NCBI GenBank assembly: GCA_024278985.1
Contig: JAJRSC010000014.1
Span: 14,366 to 78,365, forward strand
Direction: 5' to 3'
DNA: 64,000 nt
Origin: an archaeon
Lineage (GTDB): Archaea > AGJL01 > Methanococci > Methanococcales > Methanocaldococcaceae
Part shown: positions 32,708 through 42,145 of the stretch, piece by piece
How positions within the stretch are numbered: the stretch's first letter is position 1
How the letters are laid out: every line of letters begins with the position of its first letter
Notes under the pieces: generated by a model
Told to the model about the DNA's origin: nothing
Seen by the model: the letters and a program-made list of their open reading frames with translations, nothing else
The model's database searches: none
Position numbers and translations under genes: made by a program

Positions 32708-32782
32708 TAGGGCGGCGGGGATTTGAACCCCGGACCACTCGGTTATCAGCCGAGCACTCTAACCAGGCTGAGCCACCGCCCT
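32708..32782 (-). tRNA. tRNA-Ile (anticodon GAU), intron-less, CCA not encoded
   Basis: Minus strand AGGGCGGTGGCTCAGCCTGGTTAGAGTGCTCGGCT-GAT-AACCGAGTGGTCCGGGGTTCAAATCCCCGCCGCCCTA folds as a cloverleaf. Confidence 0.97.
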
Positions 32783-32817
32783 GCAAAAGAAGACAATTTA
32801 TTAGATATAAAAACTAA

Positions 32818-32831
32818 TATATAAATTTTAC
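32818..32831 (-). promoter_or_regulatory. Candidate BRE/TATA box of tRNA-Ile
   Basis: Minus strand GTAAAA-TTTATATA, about 35-45 bp upstream of the mature 5' end. Confidence 0.4.
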
Positions 32832-32875
32832 TATAATTATAATTTTTGAATATTCTTTTATTTGATAAATATTTT

Positions 32876-33036
32876 TGAGTATTACTCATTTTTTTATAGT
32901 TAACTTAAATAGGATAAAATCATTAAAATCATTTTATTCAGTGATAGATTAATAAAAAATATATAATTTTGTGAGTTATAATATATAAACTATTATTTTT
33001 AAATTAAATAGAAAAATTTAAGTTGAGTATTGCACA
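32876..33036. promoter_or_regulatory. Two TGAGTATT(A/G)C(T/A)CA palindromes upstream of tupA
   Basis: TGAGTATTACTCA 32876-32888 (perfect arms) and TGAGTATTGCACA 33024-33036. Confidence 0.45.
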
Positions 33037-33073
33037 ATATTAATGTTCATTAATTACCAAATTGGTGGGATAG

Positions 33074-34114
33074 ATGAAAAAAATAATATACTGTTTGTTG
33101 GTTATTTTATCTGTAATATTAGCTGCGGGATGTGTAAATCAGGGGGGAACTACTAATCAACCAACCAATACTGGAATGACAGAAGAAAAACCTAAAGTAT
33201 TAACAATATCTACAACAACAAGCGTTTATAATACCGGATTAACAGAGGCATTAGCTCAAAAGTTTAAGAAAGATTATAATATTATTCTTAAATTTATCCC
33301 TAATGGAACTGGTGGAGCTATTAAAGATGCAGAATCTGGAGCTTCAGATGCTATAATTGTCCATGCTGTTAGTGAAGAAGCAAAATTTTTAAATGAAGGT
33401 TATGGAGTAAATAGGAAGGTTTTTGCATATAATTTCTTTATAATAGTTGGCCCTAAAGATGACCCAGCACATATTAAAGGGTTAAATCCTATTGAAGCTT
33501 TAAAAAGAATTTATAAGGCTGGAGAAGAAGGTAAAGCAATATGGGTTTCAAGAGATGATAAATCTGGAACAAATGTTAAAGAAATAACATTATGGAAATT
33601 AGCAGGATATAACTATGATGAATTAAAAACTAAAAAATGGTTTAGAACTACAGGAGAAGGAATGGGAGATACATTAAAATATACAAATGAAGTTAAAGGA
33701 TATACACTATCAGATATAGCAACATTTTTAGTTTATAAGAAAGAGGGTATTATTCCAAACTTGGAAAAACTTGTTGATAAGGGAGAATCTTTAACTAATG
33801 TATATGCTATAATTATTGTTAATCCAAATAAAATTAAGGGTAAAGACTTTAAGACAGCAATGTTCTTAGAAAAATGGTTAGTCTCTGAAAAAGGTCAAAA
33901 ATTCTTAGAAGAATTTGGTAAAGATAAATATGGTACAACATTATTTTATCCAGCTGTTAATGTTCTTGAAGAGAAAAAAGAGCCTATCTATAAATGGATA
34001 GTCAAAAATGGGTTTATAAAAGAAGGTGATTATTACTATGAATGTCCTGAGAAATTTATTTACAATACAACATTAAAATTCTTTAAATTCCCTGTAAGTG
34101 AAATTGAAGGGTAA
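33074..34114 (+). CDS. tupA: Tungstate ABC transporter substrate-binding lipoprotein
   Basis: Lipobox LAAGC; STTTSVYNTGL, GTGGA, VH, SRDDKSGT motifs of TupA. Confidence 0.88.
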   Translation: MKKIIYCLLVILSVILAAGCVNQGGTTNQPTNTGMTEEKPKVLTISTTTSVYNTGLTEALAQKFKKDYNIILKFIPNGTGGAIKDAESGASDAIIVHAVSEEAKFLNEGYGVNRKVFAYNFFIIVGPKDDPAHIKGLNPIEALKRIYKAGEEGKAIWVSRDDKSGTNVKEITLWKLAGYNYDELKTKKWFRTTGEGMGDTLKYTNEVKGYTLSDIATFLVYKKEGIIPNLEKLVDKGESLTNVYAIIIVNPNKIKGKDFKTAMFLEKWLVSEKGQKFLEEFGKDKYGTTLFYPAVNVLEEKKEPIYKWIVKNGFIKEGDYYYECPEKFIYNTTLKFFKFPVSEIEG

Positions 34115-34117
34115 AAT

Positions 34118-34837
34118 ATGTTAATTGTGGAGTATATAATAAAAGGATTTTTAGAGGCTTTAGATTTAATTCATCACCCTTACATTTTAGATATTGCTTG
34201 CAGGTCTTTAAAAGTTTCTGGCTCTGCAACTATATTATCCTTATTTTTTTCTGTTCCTATATCTATTTTAATTGGATTATATGAATTTAAAGGAAAAATG
34301 ATTATTAAAAATTTAATTAACACCTTTGCAGGAATACCTACAGTTATATGGGGACTAATTTTATATTTAATGTATGTACCAAATGGAGGAATTTTAGGAA
34401 AGTTTGATTTATTATACAATGTTAAAGGAATAATATTAGGACAGGCCTTATTGATAACTCCATTAATATCAAGTATTATAATTGATGCTATTGAAAAGAC
34501 AGAGAAGATATTTAGAAAACTTTGTTATACATTAGGGGCTAATGAGTTTCAAACTATTAAAACAATTTTAAAAGAATCCTTACCCTGGATACTTCTATCT
34601 GGAATTATTGGATTTAATAGAGCTATTTCAGAGTTAGGAATTGCTCTAACAATTGGTGGAAATGTATATGTCCCTGGAGCCTCAGATTTCAACACAAGAG
34701 TTTTAACTACAGCTATACAAATGCATACAGTTAGAGCAGAGTTTTCAACTGCTATAGCATTGGGTATTATTCTTTTAACAATTATACTAATAGTTAATTT
34801 CATAACTAACTATATAAAAAAGAGTATAGAAACATGA
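34118..34837 (+). CDS. tupB: Tungstate ABC transporter permease
   Basis: GIPTVIWGL, GFNRAISELG...GGN...TRVLTTAI. Confidence 0.88.
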   Translation: MLIVEYIIKGFLEALDLIHHPYILDIACRSLKVSGSATILSLFFSVPISILIGLYEFKGKMIIKNLINTFAGIPTVIWGLILYLMYVPNGGILGKFDLLYNVKGIILGQALLITPLISSIIIDAIEKTEKIFRKLCYTLGANEFQTIKTILKESLPWILLSGIIGFNRAISELGIALTIGGNVYVPGASDFNTRVLTTAIQMHTVRAEFSTAIALGIILLTIILIVNFITNYIKKSIET

Positions 34838-35547
34838 TTATTTTAAAAAATATATGTAAAAAAATAAATAATAAAAAAATATTGGATAACATATCCCTAA
34901 CAATAAATAAAGGGAAAATATTTTGTATAATGGGCCATAGTGGTGCAGGAAAAACAACACTTCTAAATATAATATCTCTTTTAGATAACCCTACAGCAGG
35001 AGAATATATTTTCAATAATCAAAATCCTTATAGTGATATAGTAAAGTTTAGAAGAAAAATAACTATGGTATTTCAAGAGCCAATATTATTTAATACTTCT
35101 GTTTTTGAAAATGTTGCTTATGGTTTAAAAGTTAGAAATTATGATAAAGAAGAGATAAGAGAGAGAGTTGAGTATATTTTAGAAAAGGTTGGAATGTTAG
35201 AATATATTAATAAAAAAGCAAAATATTTATCTGGAGGAGAAAAACAGAGAGTTTCTATTGCAAGAGCTTTAGTTATTGAGCCAGAGGTATTGGTTTTGGA
35301 TGAACCAACTGCTAATTTAGATTATTCAAACACTTTAATTATTGAAAAAATTATAAAAGATTTTAAAGATAAGGATAGGAGTATTATTATTGCAACTCAT
35401 AACTTGTTTCAAGTTAGAAGATTAGCAGATGAAGTAGCCCATCTATATTATGGTAGATTAATAGAAGTTGGAAAAACTGATGATATCTTTAACAATCCAA
35501 AACATAATTTAACTAAAAAATTTATTAATGGAGAGATGTTTTTTTAA
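34834..35547 (+). CDS. tupC: Tungstate ABC transporter ATPase
   Basis: GHSGAGKT, LSGGEKQR, LDEPTAN; operon context. Confidence 0.85.
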   Translation: MIILKNICKKINNKKILDNISLTINKGKIFCIMGHSGAGKTTLLNIISLLDNPTAGEYIFNNQNPYSDIVKFRRKITMVFQEPILFNTSVFENVAYGLKVRNYDKEEIRERVEYILEKVGMLEYINKKAKYLSGGEKQRVSIARALVIEPEVLVLDEPTANLDYSNTLIIEKIIKDFKDKDRSIIIATHNLFQVRRLADEVAHLYYGRLIEVGKTDDIFNNPKHNLTKKFINGEMFF

Positions 35548-35887
35548 GTTTGTTATACAAACTATTAGAATATAATATTAAGCAATAGTATTAATAATAT
35601 TATATATCTGTCCAAGGGATAGCTATGAAAATTATAAAAAAATTAACATCAAAAAGAGGGCAAATTTCTATGGAGATTGGTATAATAACACTTTCTTTTA
35701 TTGTTATTTCTACTATTGCCTCTTATTATTATCTTAGTAGAGTTTCCGACCCTATAAACTATGATGCTGGGAAAAATGCCACTAAAACAATTGGAGTATT
35801 AAAAAATAAAACCATAGAAGCAAATAACCATATCAAGAACATTAGTATAATCTAACTATAATGAACAGTTTGTTATACAAACTATTA
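35547..35887. promoter_or_regulatory. Identical 21-bp element with a perfect palindrome upstream of each pilin gene
   Basis: AGTTTGT-TAT-ACAAACT-ATTA at 35547-35567 and 35867-35887. Confidence 0.7.
35625..35855 (+). CDS. Class III signal peptide (DUF361) pilin-like protein, copy 1
   Basis: KRG^QISMEIG cleavage motif followed by a hydrophobic helix. Confidence 0.85.
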   Translation: MKIIKKLTSKRGQISMEIGIITLSFIVISTIASYYYLSRVSDPINYDAGKNATKTIGVLKNKTIEANNHIKNISII

Positions 35888-35953
35888 ATAAGTATCTTAA
35901 ATAAGATATATTATAAATAATAATTGCAAAAAATAAAATTATGGTGATTAAAT

Positions 35954-36184
35954 ATGATGAAAATCATAAGAAAATTAACATCAAAAAGAGGGCAAATTTC
36001 TATGGAAATTGGTATATTAGTTGCTGCAGCTGTTGCTGTTGCTGCTATCGCCGCTTACTACTATGTTAAAAACGCTGCTAATGCAGCAAGTTCTGCCGGA
36101 AGTAATGCTACTCAAACAGTTACAGTTTTAGGAAATAAAACAGCTGAGGCTACTAATAAAATTAAAGGTATAAGTATCAGTTAA
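35954..36184 (+). CDS. Class III signal peptide (DUF361) pilin-like protein, copy 2
   Basis: KRG^QISMEIGILVAAAVAVAAIAAYYY; N-A-T and N-K-T glycosylation sequons. Confidence 0.88.
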   Translation: MMKIIRKLTSKRGQISMEIGILVAAAVAVAAIAAYYYVKNAANAASSAGSNATQTVTVLGNKTAEATNKIKGISIS

Positions 36185-36192
36185 TATAGATT

Positions 36193-36774
36193 ATGAAATC
36201 TCTAATAATGGCTGGAGGGAAGGGTAGTAGATTGGGCTATATAGAAAAGCCCCTTATTAAAATTAATAACTATTTTTTAATAGACTTAGTTATAAAATCA
36301 TTGAAAAACTCTAAGTATGTGGAAGATATTTTTATAGCAACATCAAAATACACAGAAAAAACTAAGTATTATATTAAAGATAATTATCCTTTTATTAAAA
36401 TTATTGAAACTCCTGGAAATGGATATATAGAAGATTTAAATTATTGTTTTAAATATTTTAAGGAACCTTTTTTGGTTGTTTCTTCAGATATTATATTTTC
36501 TTCAAAGATTATAGATGAAATCATTGCTAATTTTAAAAATTCTAAATATGAAGCATTATCTGTATATATGCCTGAGTCTATATATGTTGGTTCAACTAAG
36601 CCATATAATGGCTTAGTTCCTGCAGGAATAAATATTATATCTCCAAAATTAGGATATCAAAAAGAGAAAATTTTTATAACAGATGAATTAATAGTAAATA
36701 TCAACACTAAAGAAGATTTAGAATTTGCTAAAAAATTTCTTTTAAATATAAAATCCCATCATGACCAGTTATAA
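36193..36774 (+). CDS. cobY: Adenosylcobinamide-phosphate guanylyltransferase
   Basis: MAGGKGSRL..EKPL, GNGYIEDL, SSDI, NINT. Confidence 0.85.
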   Translation: MKSLIMAGGKGSRLGYIEKPLIKINNYFLIDLVIKSLKNSKYVEDIFIATSKYTEKTKYYIKDNYPFIKIIETPGNGYIEDLNYCFKYFKEPFLVVSSDIIFSSKIIDEIIANFKNSKYEALSVYMPESIYVGSTKPYNGLVPAGINIISPKLGYQKEKIFITDELIVNINTKEDLEFAKKFLLNIKSHHDQL

Positions 36775-37288
36775 TATTCTTTTTTAAACTAATTATTTTT
36801 TCTAAACTTTTTATTGCTAATTCTCTATCAACATGTAATCTTGGAGGAATTTTTTTTAAAATGTTCTCTTTTAATGGAGCAGCATCTCCAACTATAACAT
36901 AATCCTTATATATAACTGATATTGAGCCATAAGTATGTCCTGGAGTTTCAATTATCTCAATTTCTTTATCTTTGAAAAATCTATAATCTTTGAATTCAGA
37001 AGCTTCAAATGTTGGCTCTTTTGTTGAACAGTACCAAGTAGCATTTTCAAATAAATCATTGTTTCCAATATGGTCATAATGAAGATGTGTATTTATAACT
37101 GTATCAATATCCTCAGGTTTGACATTTATACTTTCCAAATTTTTAATTATTAATTTCTCAATATGGTTAGATGAAGTATCTACAATAATATTATGCTCCT
37201 CAGTTTTGATATAGGTAACAGATGATGCTGCCTTTATTATAAATCCATCTTTTCTAATTAACTCTCCTTCATATATTAACTTAATCAT
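36728..37288 (-). CDS. Metallo-beta-lactamase-fold hydrolase
   Basis: THLHYDHIG, TPGHT, VGDA, GHD. Confidence 0.88.
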   Translation of the reverse strand: MIKLIYEGELIRKDGFIIKAASSVTYIKTEEHNIIVDTSSNHIEKLIIKNLESINVKPEDIDTVINTHLHYDHIGNNDLFENATWYCSTKEPTFEASEFKDYRFFKDKEIEIIETPGHTYGSISVIYKDYVIVGDAAPLKENILKKIPPRLHVDRELAIKSLEKIISLKKNIITGHDGILYLKEIF

Positions 37289-37294
37289 AAAAAT

Positions 37295-38068
37295 TCACTT
37301 AATATAGTTAATTATTTTTTTTCTACTTTTTATAGCATCTCTCAATGTTTTATTTTCAATTGTTAATATTCCATTATAGTTAATCTTTTTTAATTCCTTA
37401 AAAAATTCATCAAAATTAATATTTCCATCTCCAACAGCAAGATGTTCATCCTCTACTCCATTATTGTCATGTATATGGATATGAACTATATCTTTATTTA
37501 TAAAATCTAAGACATTTCCCACAGTATTGGCATGTCCAACATCTAAAGTCATTTTTAGATTTTTAGAATCAATTTCATTAATAAGTTTTTTTATTTCATT
37601 ATATTCTCTACATAACAAGCCTTTATAATTAGGCATATTTTCTAAGCCAATAATAATATCATAATCTTCAGCAATCTCTACAATTTCTAAAAGTGTTGAA
37701 AAATTGTTATCTAATATATCATCTAAATAATTTTTCCAAAGTTCTGGAATATATCCTGGATGTACTACAACTATAGAGCTATCTAACTCATAAGCCCCTT
37801 TTATTGCATCTTCAATACATTCAATTACTAATTTTCTAACTTTTTCATTCATAGATGCAGGATTCAAATCTGAAAAAGGAGCATGAACTAAAAACTCTAA
37901 ACTATACTCCTCTTTAATATCTAACAAGTACTTTATATTTTTCTTATCTAAATAATGATTTCCTTCACAAACAATTTCCCAAATATAAAAATCATTCTCA
38001 ATTAATTTATTTGTTATTGATTCTAAACTTTCTGGTAAAAAAACTAATGAGGATATTGCAATTTTCAT
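37295..38068 (-). CDS. Xylose isomerase/AP endonuclease 2-like TIM-barrel protein
   Basis: HAPF, VHPG, LENM, LDVGHA, HIHDN, DEHL. Confidence 0.85.
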   Translation of the reverse strand: MKIAISSLVFLPESLESITNKLIENDFYIWEIVCEGNHYLDKKNIKYLLDIKEEYSLEFLVHAPFSDLNPASMNEKVRKLVIECIEDAIKGAYELDSSIVVVHPGYIPELWKNYLDDILDNNFSTLLEIVEIAEDYDIIIGLENMPNYKGLLCREYNEIKKLINEIDSKNLKMTLDVGHANTVGNVLDFINKDIVHIHIHDNNGVEDEHLAVGDGNINFDEFFKELKKINYNGILTIENKTLRDAIKSRKKIINYIK

Positions 38069-38076
38069 ATTTTTCC

Positions 38077-38418
<342 letters not shown>

Positions 38419-38428
38419 TTATCCCTCA

Positions 38429-39361
38429 TCAATCATAAAGTTCATTTAAACATTTTTCTAAGTCAGTATTTTTTATTAAACACATTAATCTATCTGTTAT
38501 AATATTTAAACATTCCTCAACTGTATTACTAATCTTTATATTTTCTATAACAGGAATACCATTTTCTTTAGCAGTTTTAACCATATAATCATTTATCATT
38601 CTGATAATTTTAAAGTGTTTTAAATATCTTTCTGTTGGTCTATTAGATACTCTACCTCTTGCATAAAATCTCATTTTGTGAAGTTCTTCATCACTTACAG
38701 TTAATACAATAAATAAAACATTTGGATTTTTTAGATATTTTTCATCTATTAATGATGGAGCTAAGTGAGTACCTTCAATTATAACACTTTGTCCTTCTGT
38801 TAAATTTCTATCTATAACTCCATATATTCCAGTTAATACTGTTTCACAGTGTCTTTCAAAACCAACAATATATTTATTATCATTTGATATATTTTCTCTT
38901 AAAACTCTCCATGCTGTATAACTTGATTCATATAATGTTGGGATTAGTTCCTTTTTAATAACTTTCCTCATAACTTCTCTTATTGAATCTGTTCCTATAA
39001 CACTTGATATTCCTAATCTTGAAGCTATTTCAAATGCTATAGTAGATGTTCCAACACCACTGGCTCCTCCTATTAATATAGACAATGGCATTTTTGATAA
39101 AACAATCCTCCATAACAAATATTTTTTTGCAATCTCTTTATATCCTCTTTCTAACAATAGGTTATATACTCTTCTTCTAAGGTCATTTTTTTTTATTTCT
39201 TTTATTCCCTCTTTTTTTAATTCATCTAAAATTTCAACTGCCAATTTATAGGCAATACTTGGCTTTAATCCTGCAGCAGTTAAAGACCTTGCTAAAATTC
39301 CCTTAGAAAAAGGAGTTTTTATTTTTCTCCCCACAACAATTATATCATCATTCAAAGTCAT
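38429..39361 (-). CDS. pgk2: 2-phosphoglycerate kinase with N-terminal ATP-cone
   Basis: [11 protein letters not shown]; [10 protein letters not shown]; TDSIREV; IEGTH; start moved to the MTLND ATG. Confidence 0.88.
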   Translation of the reverse strand: MTLNDDIIVVGRKIKTPFSKGILARSLTAAGLKPSIAYKLAVEILDELKKEGIKEIKKNDLRRRVYNLLLERGYKEIAKKYLLWRIVLSKMPLSILIGGASGVGTSTIAFEIASRLGISSVIGTDSIREVMRKVIKKELIPTLYESSYTAWRVLRENISNDNKYIVGFERHCETVLTGIYGVIDRNLTEGQSVIIEGTHLAPSLIDEKYLKNPNVLFIVLTVSDEELHKMRFYARGRVSNRPTERYLKHFKIIRMINDYMVKTAKENGIPVIENIKISNTVEECLNIITDRLMCLIKNTDLEKCLNELYD

Positions 39362-39968
39362 CAATATCAACCTTCTCAGCATTGTATAGCTCTTTAGCTT
39401 TTTTATATACTTTTAAATCTTCTTCATCTGCAACAACAACATATATTTTACTTGGTTTAATTTTTTGAATTTGTTTTTTTATGTTTTCTTTAACTATATT
39501 TATTTTCTTTTCTAAACCTTTTAGAGCATTTTCTGGAACTCTACCTTTATAGTCATTTATATCTAAGTATCCATCTGTTGAAACTACTCTATATCCTAAA
39601 GATTTTAACTTTCTAAATAATTTTTTGTTTGTAACAATATATAAAGCGGATTTTTCCATTTCCTTCTTTTTTTCAACTTTATAACCAAACTCTTCCAAAA
39701 CTTCATTTAGTTTATTTATACTCTTTATAATTATCTTACAGAATTCTTTGGCTTCATTTTCATTTAAATAGTGATTTGGTGCTTTTTTATATAACCAATC
39801 ATCTGCCTCTAATAACAAATATACAGCTTCTTTAAATGCTTTAACATTTATTTTTCCAGGTTTAGCATCTTTATAACTAAATTTTTTTTCTTCAAATTTT
39901 ATTTTTTTCATCTTTGATATTGTCTCTATTCCCTTTATTATTAACTCCTTTGCCTGATTTTCTCTCAT
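39348..39968 (-). CDS. DUF2100-family methanogen protein
   Basis: [11 protein letters not shown]...[10 protein letters not shown]; synteny as recalled for MJ1480-1482. Confidence 0.65.
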   Translation of the reverse strand: MRENQAKELIIKGIETISKMKKIKFEEKKFSYKDAKPGKINVKAFKEAVYLLLEADDWLYKKAPNHYLNENEAKEFCKIIIKSINKLNEVLEEFGYKVEKKKEMEKSALYIVTNKKLFRKLKSLGYRVVSTDGYLDINDYKGRVPENALKGLEKKINIVKENIKKQIQKIKPSKIYVVVADEEDLKVYKKAKELYNAEKVDIDDFE

Positions 39969-41196
39969 CTTCCAACCTCTCCAACTCCTCAACTAACAAA
40001 GGTAAAAATGTCCCTACATCTGTTACTATTCCTATAGCTTGGGAGGTTCCCCTATCCATTAATTTTGTAACTACTCCCTGATTAATATCAACACACACAG
40101 TTTTAACCCAAGAGGGTAGTAAATTTCCAGTAGCTATAGAGTGTAACATAGAGGAGAGCATTAAAACCATATCTTTACCTTTTAAAAGTTCCCTCATTTT
40201 ATCCTGAGCTTCCATAACATCAGTAATTACATCAGGTAGAGGTCCATCATCTCTTATACTTCCAGCCAAAATATATGGAACATTATTTTTTATACATTCA
40301 TACATAATACCATTAGTTAATAATCCTTCTTCAACTGCTTTTTTTAATCCTCCAACTTTTATTATTTTATTTATAGTCCTTAAGTGATGACTATGCCCTC
40401 CTGGAACTACTTTTCCAGTTTTTAAATCTACCCCTAAAGATGTTCCAAAAAAGCAAACTTCTGCATCATGTGTTGCTAAGGCATTCCCTGAAAAAAGTGC
40501 CTGAACATAGCCCATTTTAATTAACTTAGCCAATGCATCTCTTGCTCCTGTATGTACAACTGCTGGCCCTGCTACTACAACAATCCCTCCCTTACCAGTC
40601 TTTTTATATTTTTCTTTTATATTTATCATTTCCTTAGCTATTTTTCTAATTATTGTTTCTTTTGGTTTTTCTGATGATGCATCAGATTTCATAAACTCAA
40701 ATAAACCCTGTTCTCTTGGTTTTTCTGGAGGAATTACTCTTATTCCTTTATAACCAACAACTACTAAATCACCTTTTTTTATATGTCTAATTGTCTTAAC
40801 CTCTGCTCTCATTTCCTCAGGATATACAACAATAGCTCCATCCATCTTTTGATTTTCAACTTCTATCCATTGCCCTTTATATCTAATGTATGTTTTATGG
40901 TTAGTAGTTGAATAAAAGTTTTCTGGAAGAACCATATCCCTCTCAGCAGGAACTAATTCAACATCTTCTAACTCAGGAATTTCAGCCCCAAGTTCTCTAA
41001 GCTCATTTAATATAGTATCTAAATGCTCCTCATTCTTTCCAATAACTAATATTTTAGCATAACTTGGGTCTGTCTTTTTTTTACCAACCTTTAACTCTAA
41101 AATTTGATAATCTCCATTAAGCTCTAAAATTTTATCTAATACCTTAGGTAAAATTAAACTATCAATTATATGCCCCCTAAGTTCAATCTCTCTCAT
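39892..41196 (-). CDS. TIGR00300/LOR-SDH family ornithine cyclodeaminase (ArgZ/AgrE C-terminal type)
   Basis: GHIIDS, FYSTTN, GNALATHD, LAGSIRDDGP, HSIATGN, KLMDRGT. Confidence 0.82.
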   Translation of the reverse strand: MREIELRGHIIDSLILPKVLDKILELNGDYQILELKVGKKKTDPSYAKILVIGKNEEHLDTILNELRELGAEIPELEDVELVPAERDMVLPENFYSTTNHKTYIRYKGQWIEVENQKMDGAIVVYPEEMRAEVKTIRHIKKGDLVVVGYKGIRVIPPEKPREQGLFEFMKSDASSEKPKETIIRKIAKEMINIKEKYKKTGKGGIVVVAGPAVVHTGARDALAKLIKMGYVQALFSGNALATHDAEVCFFGTSLGVDLKTGKVVPGGHSHHLRTINKIIKVGGLKKAVEEGLLTNGIMYECIKNNVPYILAGSIRDDGPLPDVITDVMEAQDKMRELLKGKDMVLMLSSMLHSIATGNLLPSWVKTVCVDINQGVVTKLMDRGTSQAIGIVTDVGTFLPLLVEELERLEDERKSGKGVNNKGNRDNIKDEKNKI

Positions 41197-41209
41197 AAAC
41201 AATTGAAAT

Positions 41210-41743
41210 TCACCTTATATATTCTGTATCTTTATTTTTTTCAGTATTTTTATGTTCAATGATTTTATTTATTAAAAGTGAATTATCCCAACCATTTAAA
41301 AACTCATAAATTTTTTTTAGATTCTCTTTAGTATTCTTCTCCTCTAAAATTTCTCCAAAGATAATCATAGAGACTATTAATTTATTAGTATTATTCTTAT
41401 ATTTATTATATAAATATTCAATACTTTCAGATATACAGGAAGTGCTTTCTATAGAGTTATATATTTCTTTTAAAATTTTATTTATATCATCATTTGACAC
41501 ACTTAAAGCTTCCCACCAGGTACCTTTATCATGATTAAAAATAACATTCTGAGTAAGTTCTAAGTATTTTAATGCTTTTTCTAGGATTTCTTTATTAGTT
41601 CCTTTAAATCCTTTTTCTAATAATTTATAGGAATCATTTTCTTTTATATATAAAATTCCTTCATTATTATCTATCTCTAATTTATATATTTTATCTAAAT
41701 ATTTAATTATATAAGTATCATGGGAGATTTCTAAAACTTCCAT
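41210..41743 (-). CDS. Hypothetical protein
   Basis: 177-aa ORF abutting both neighbours; no recognisable motif. Confidence 0.6.
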   Translation of the reverse strand: MEVLEISHDTYIIKYLDKIYKLEIDNNEGILYIKENDSYKLLEKGFKGTNKEILEKALKYLELTQNVIFNHDKGTWWEALSVSNDDINKILKEIYNSIESTSCISESIEYLYNKYKNNTNKLIVSMIIFGEILEEKNTKENLKKIYEFLNGWDNSLLINKIIEHKNTEKNKDTEYIR

Positions 41744-42144
41744 TATTTCCCCTTTATTATTCTAACTATCCCTCTATCTCCATCTACTTCAATAATATCC
41801 CCAGTTTTTATTTTCTCAATATCTATTTTATCCACTGCAGGAATACCTCCAATAATTGCACCACTTGCAACAATAGGCTCACATTCTTTATTAACTATCC
41901 CCTTTAAAATTCCTTTTTTTGCTAATGCATATATAACATAACTTCCCACTGTACTTCCTTTTCCATATGGAAAAACAAAAATTTTATCCTTTAAATTTTC
42001 TCCAAAAACATCACTATTTTTATCTATAATATTTCCATCTTCATCAACTCCTCCCAAAAAAGAAAATGGTTTTTTAGAAACTAATGCTACTCCTACAGCT
42101 TTTCCTTTTGATATTTTTCTACCTTTAAGTTCCATAATTTCCAC
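41743..42144 (-). CDS. DUF126/AcnX swivel subunit (phosphomevalonate dehydratase small subunit)
   Basis: SFLGGVD, GKGSTVGSY. Confidence 0.85.
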   Translation of the reverse strand: MEIMELKGRKISKGKAVGVALVSKKPFSFLGGVDEDGNIIDKNSDVFGENLKDKIFVFPYGKGSTVGSYVIYALAKKGILKGIVNKECEPIVASGAIIGGIPAVDKIDIEKIKTGDIIEVDGDRGIVRIIKGK

Positions 42145-42145
42145 T

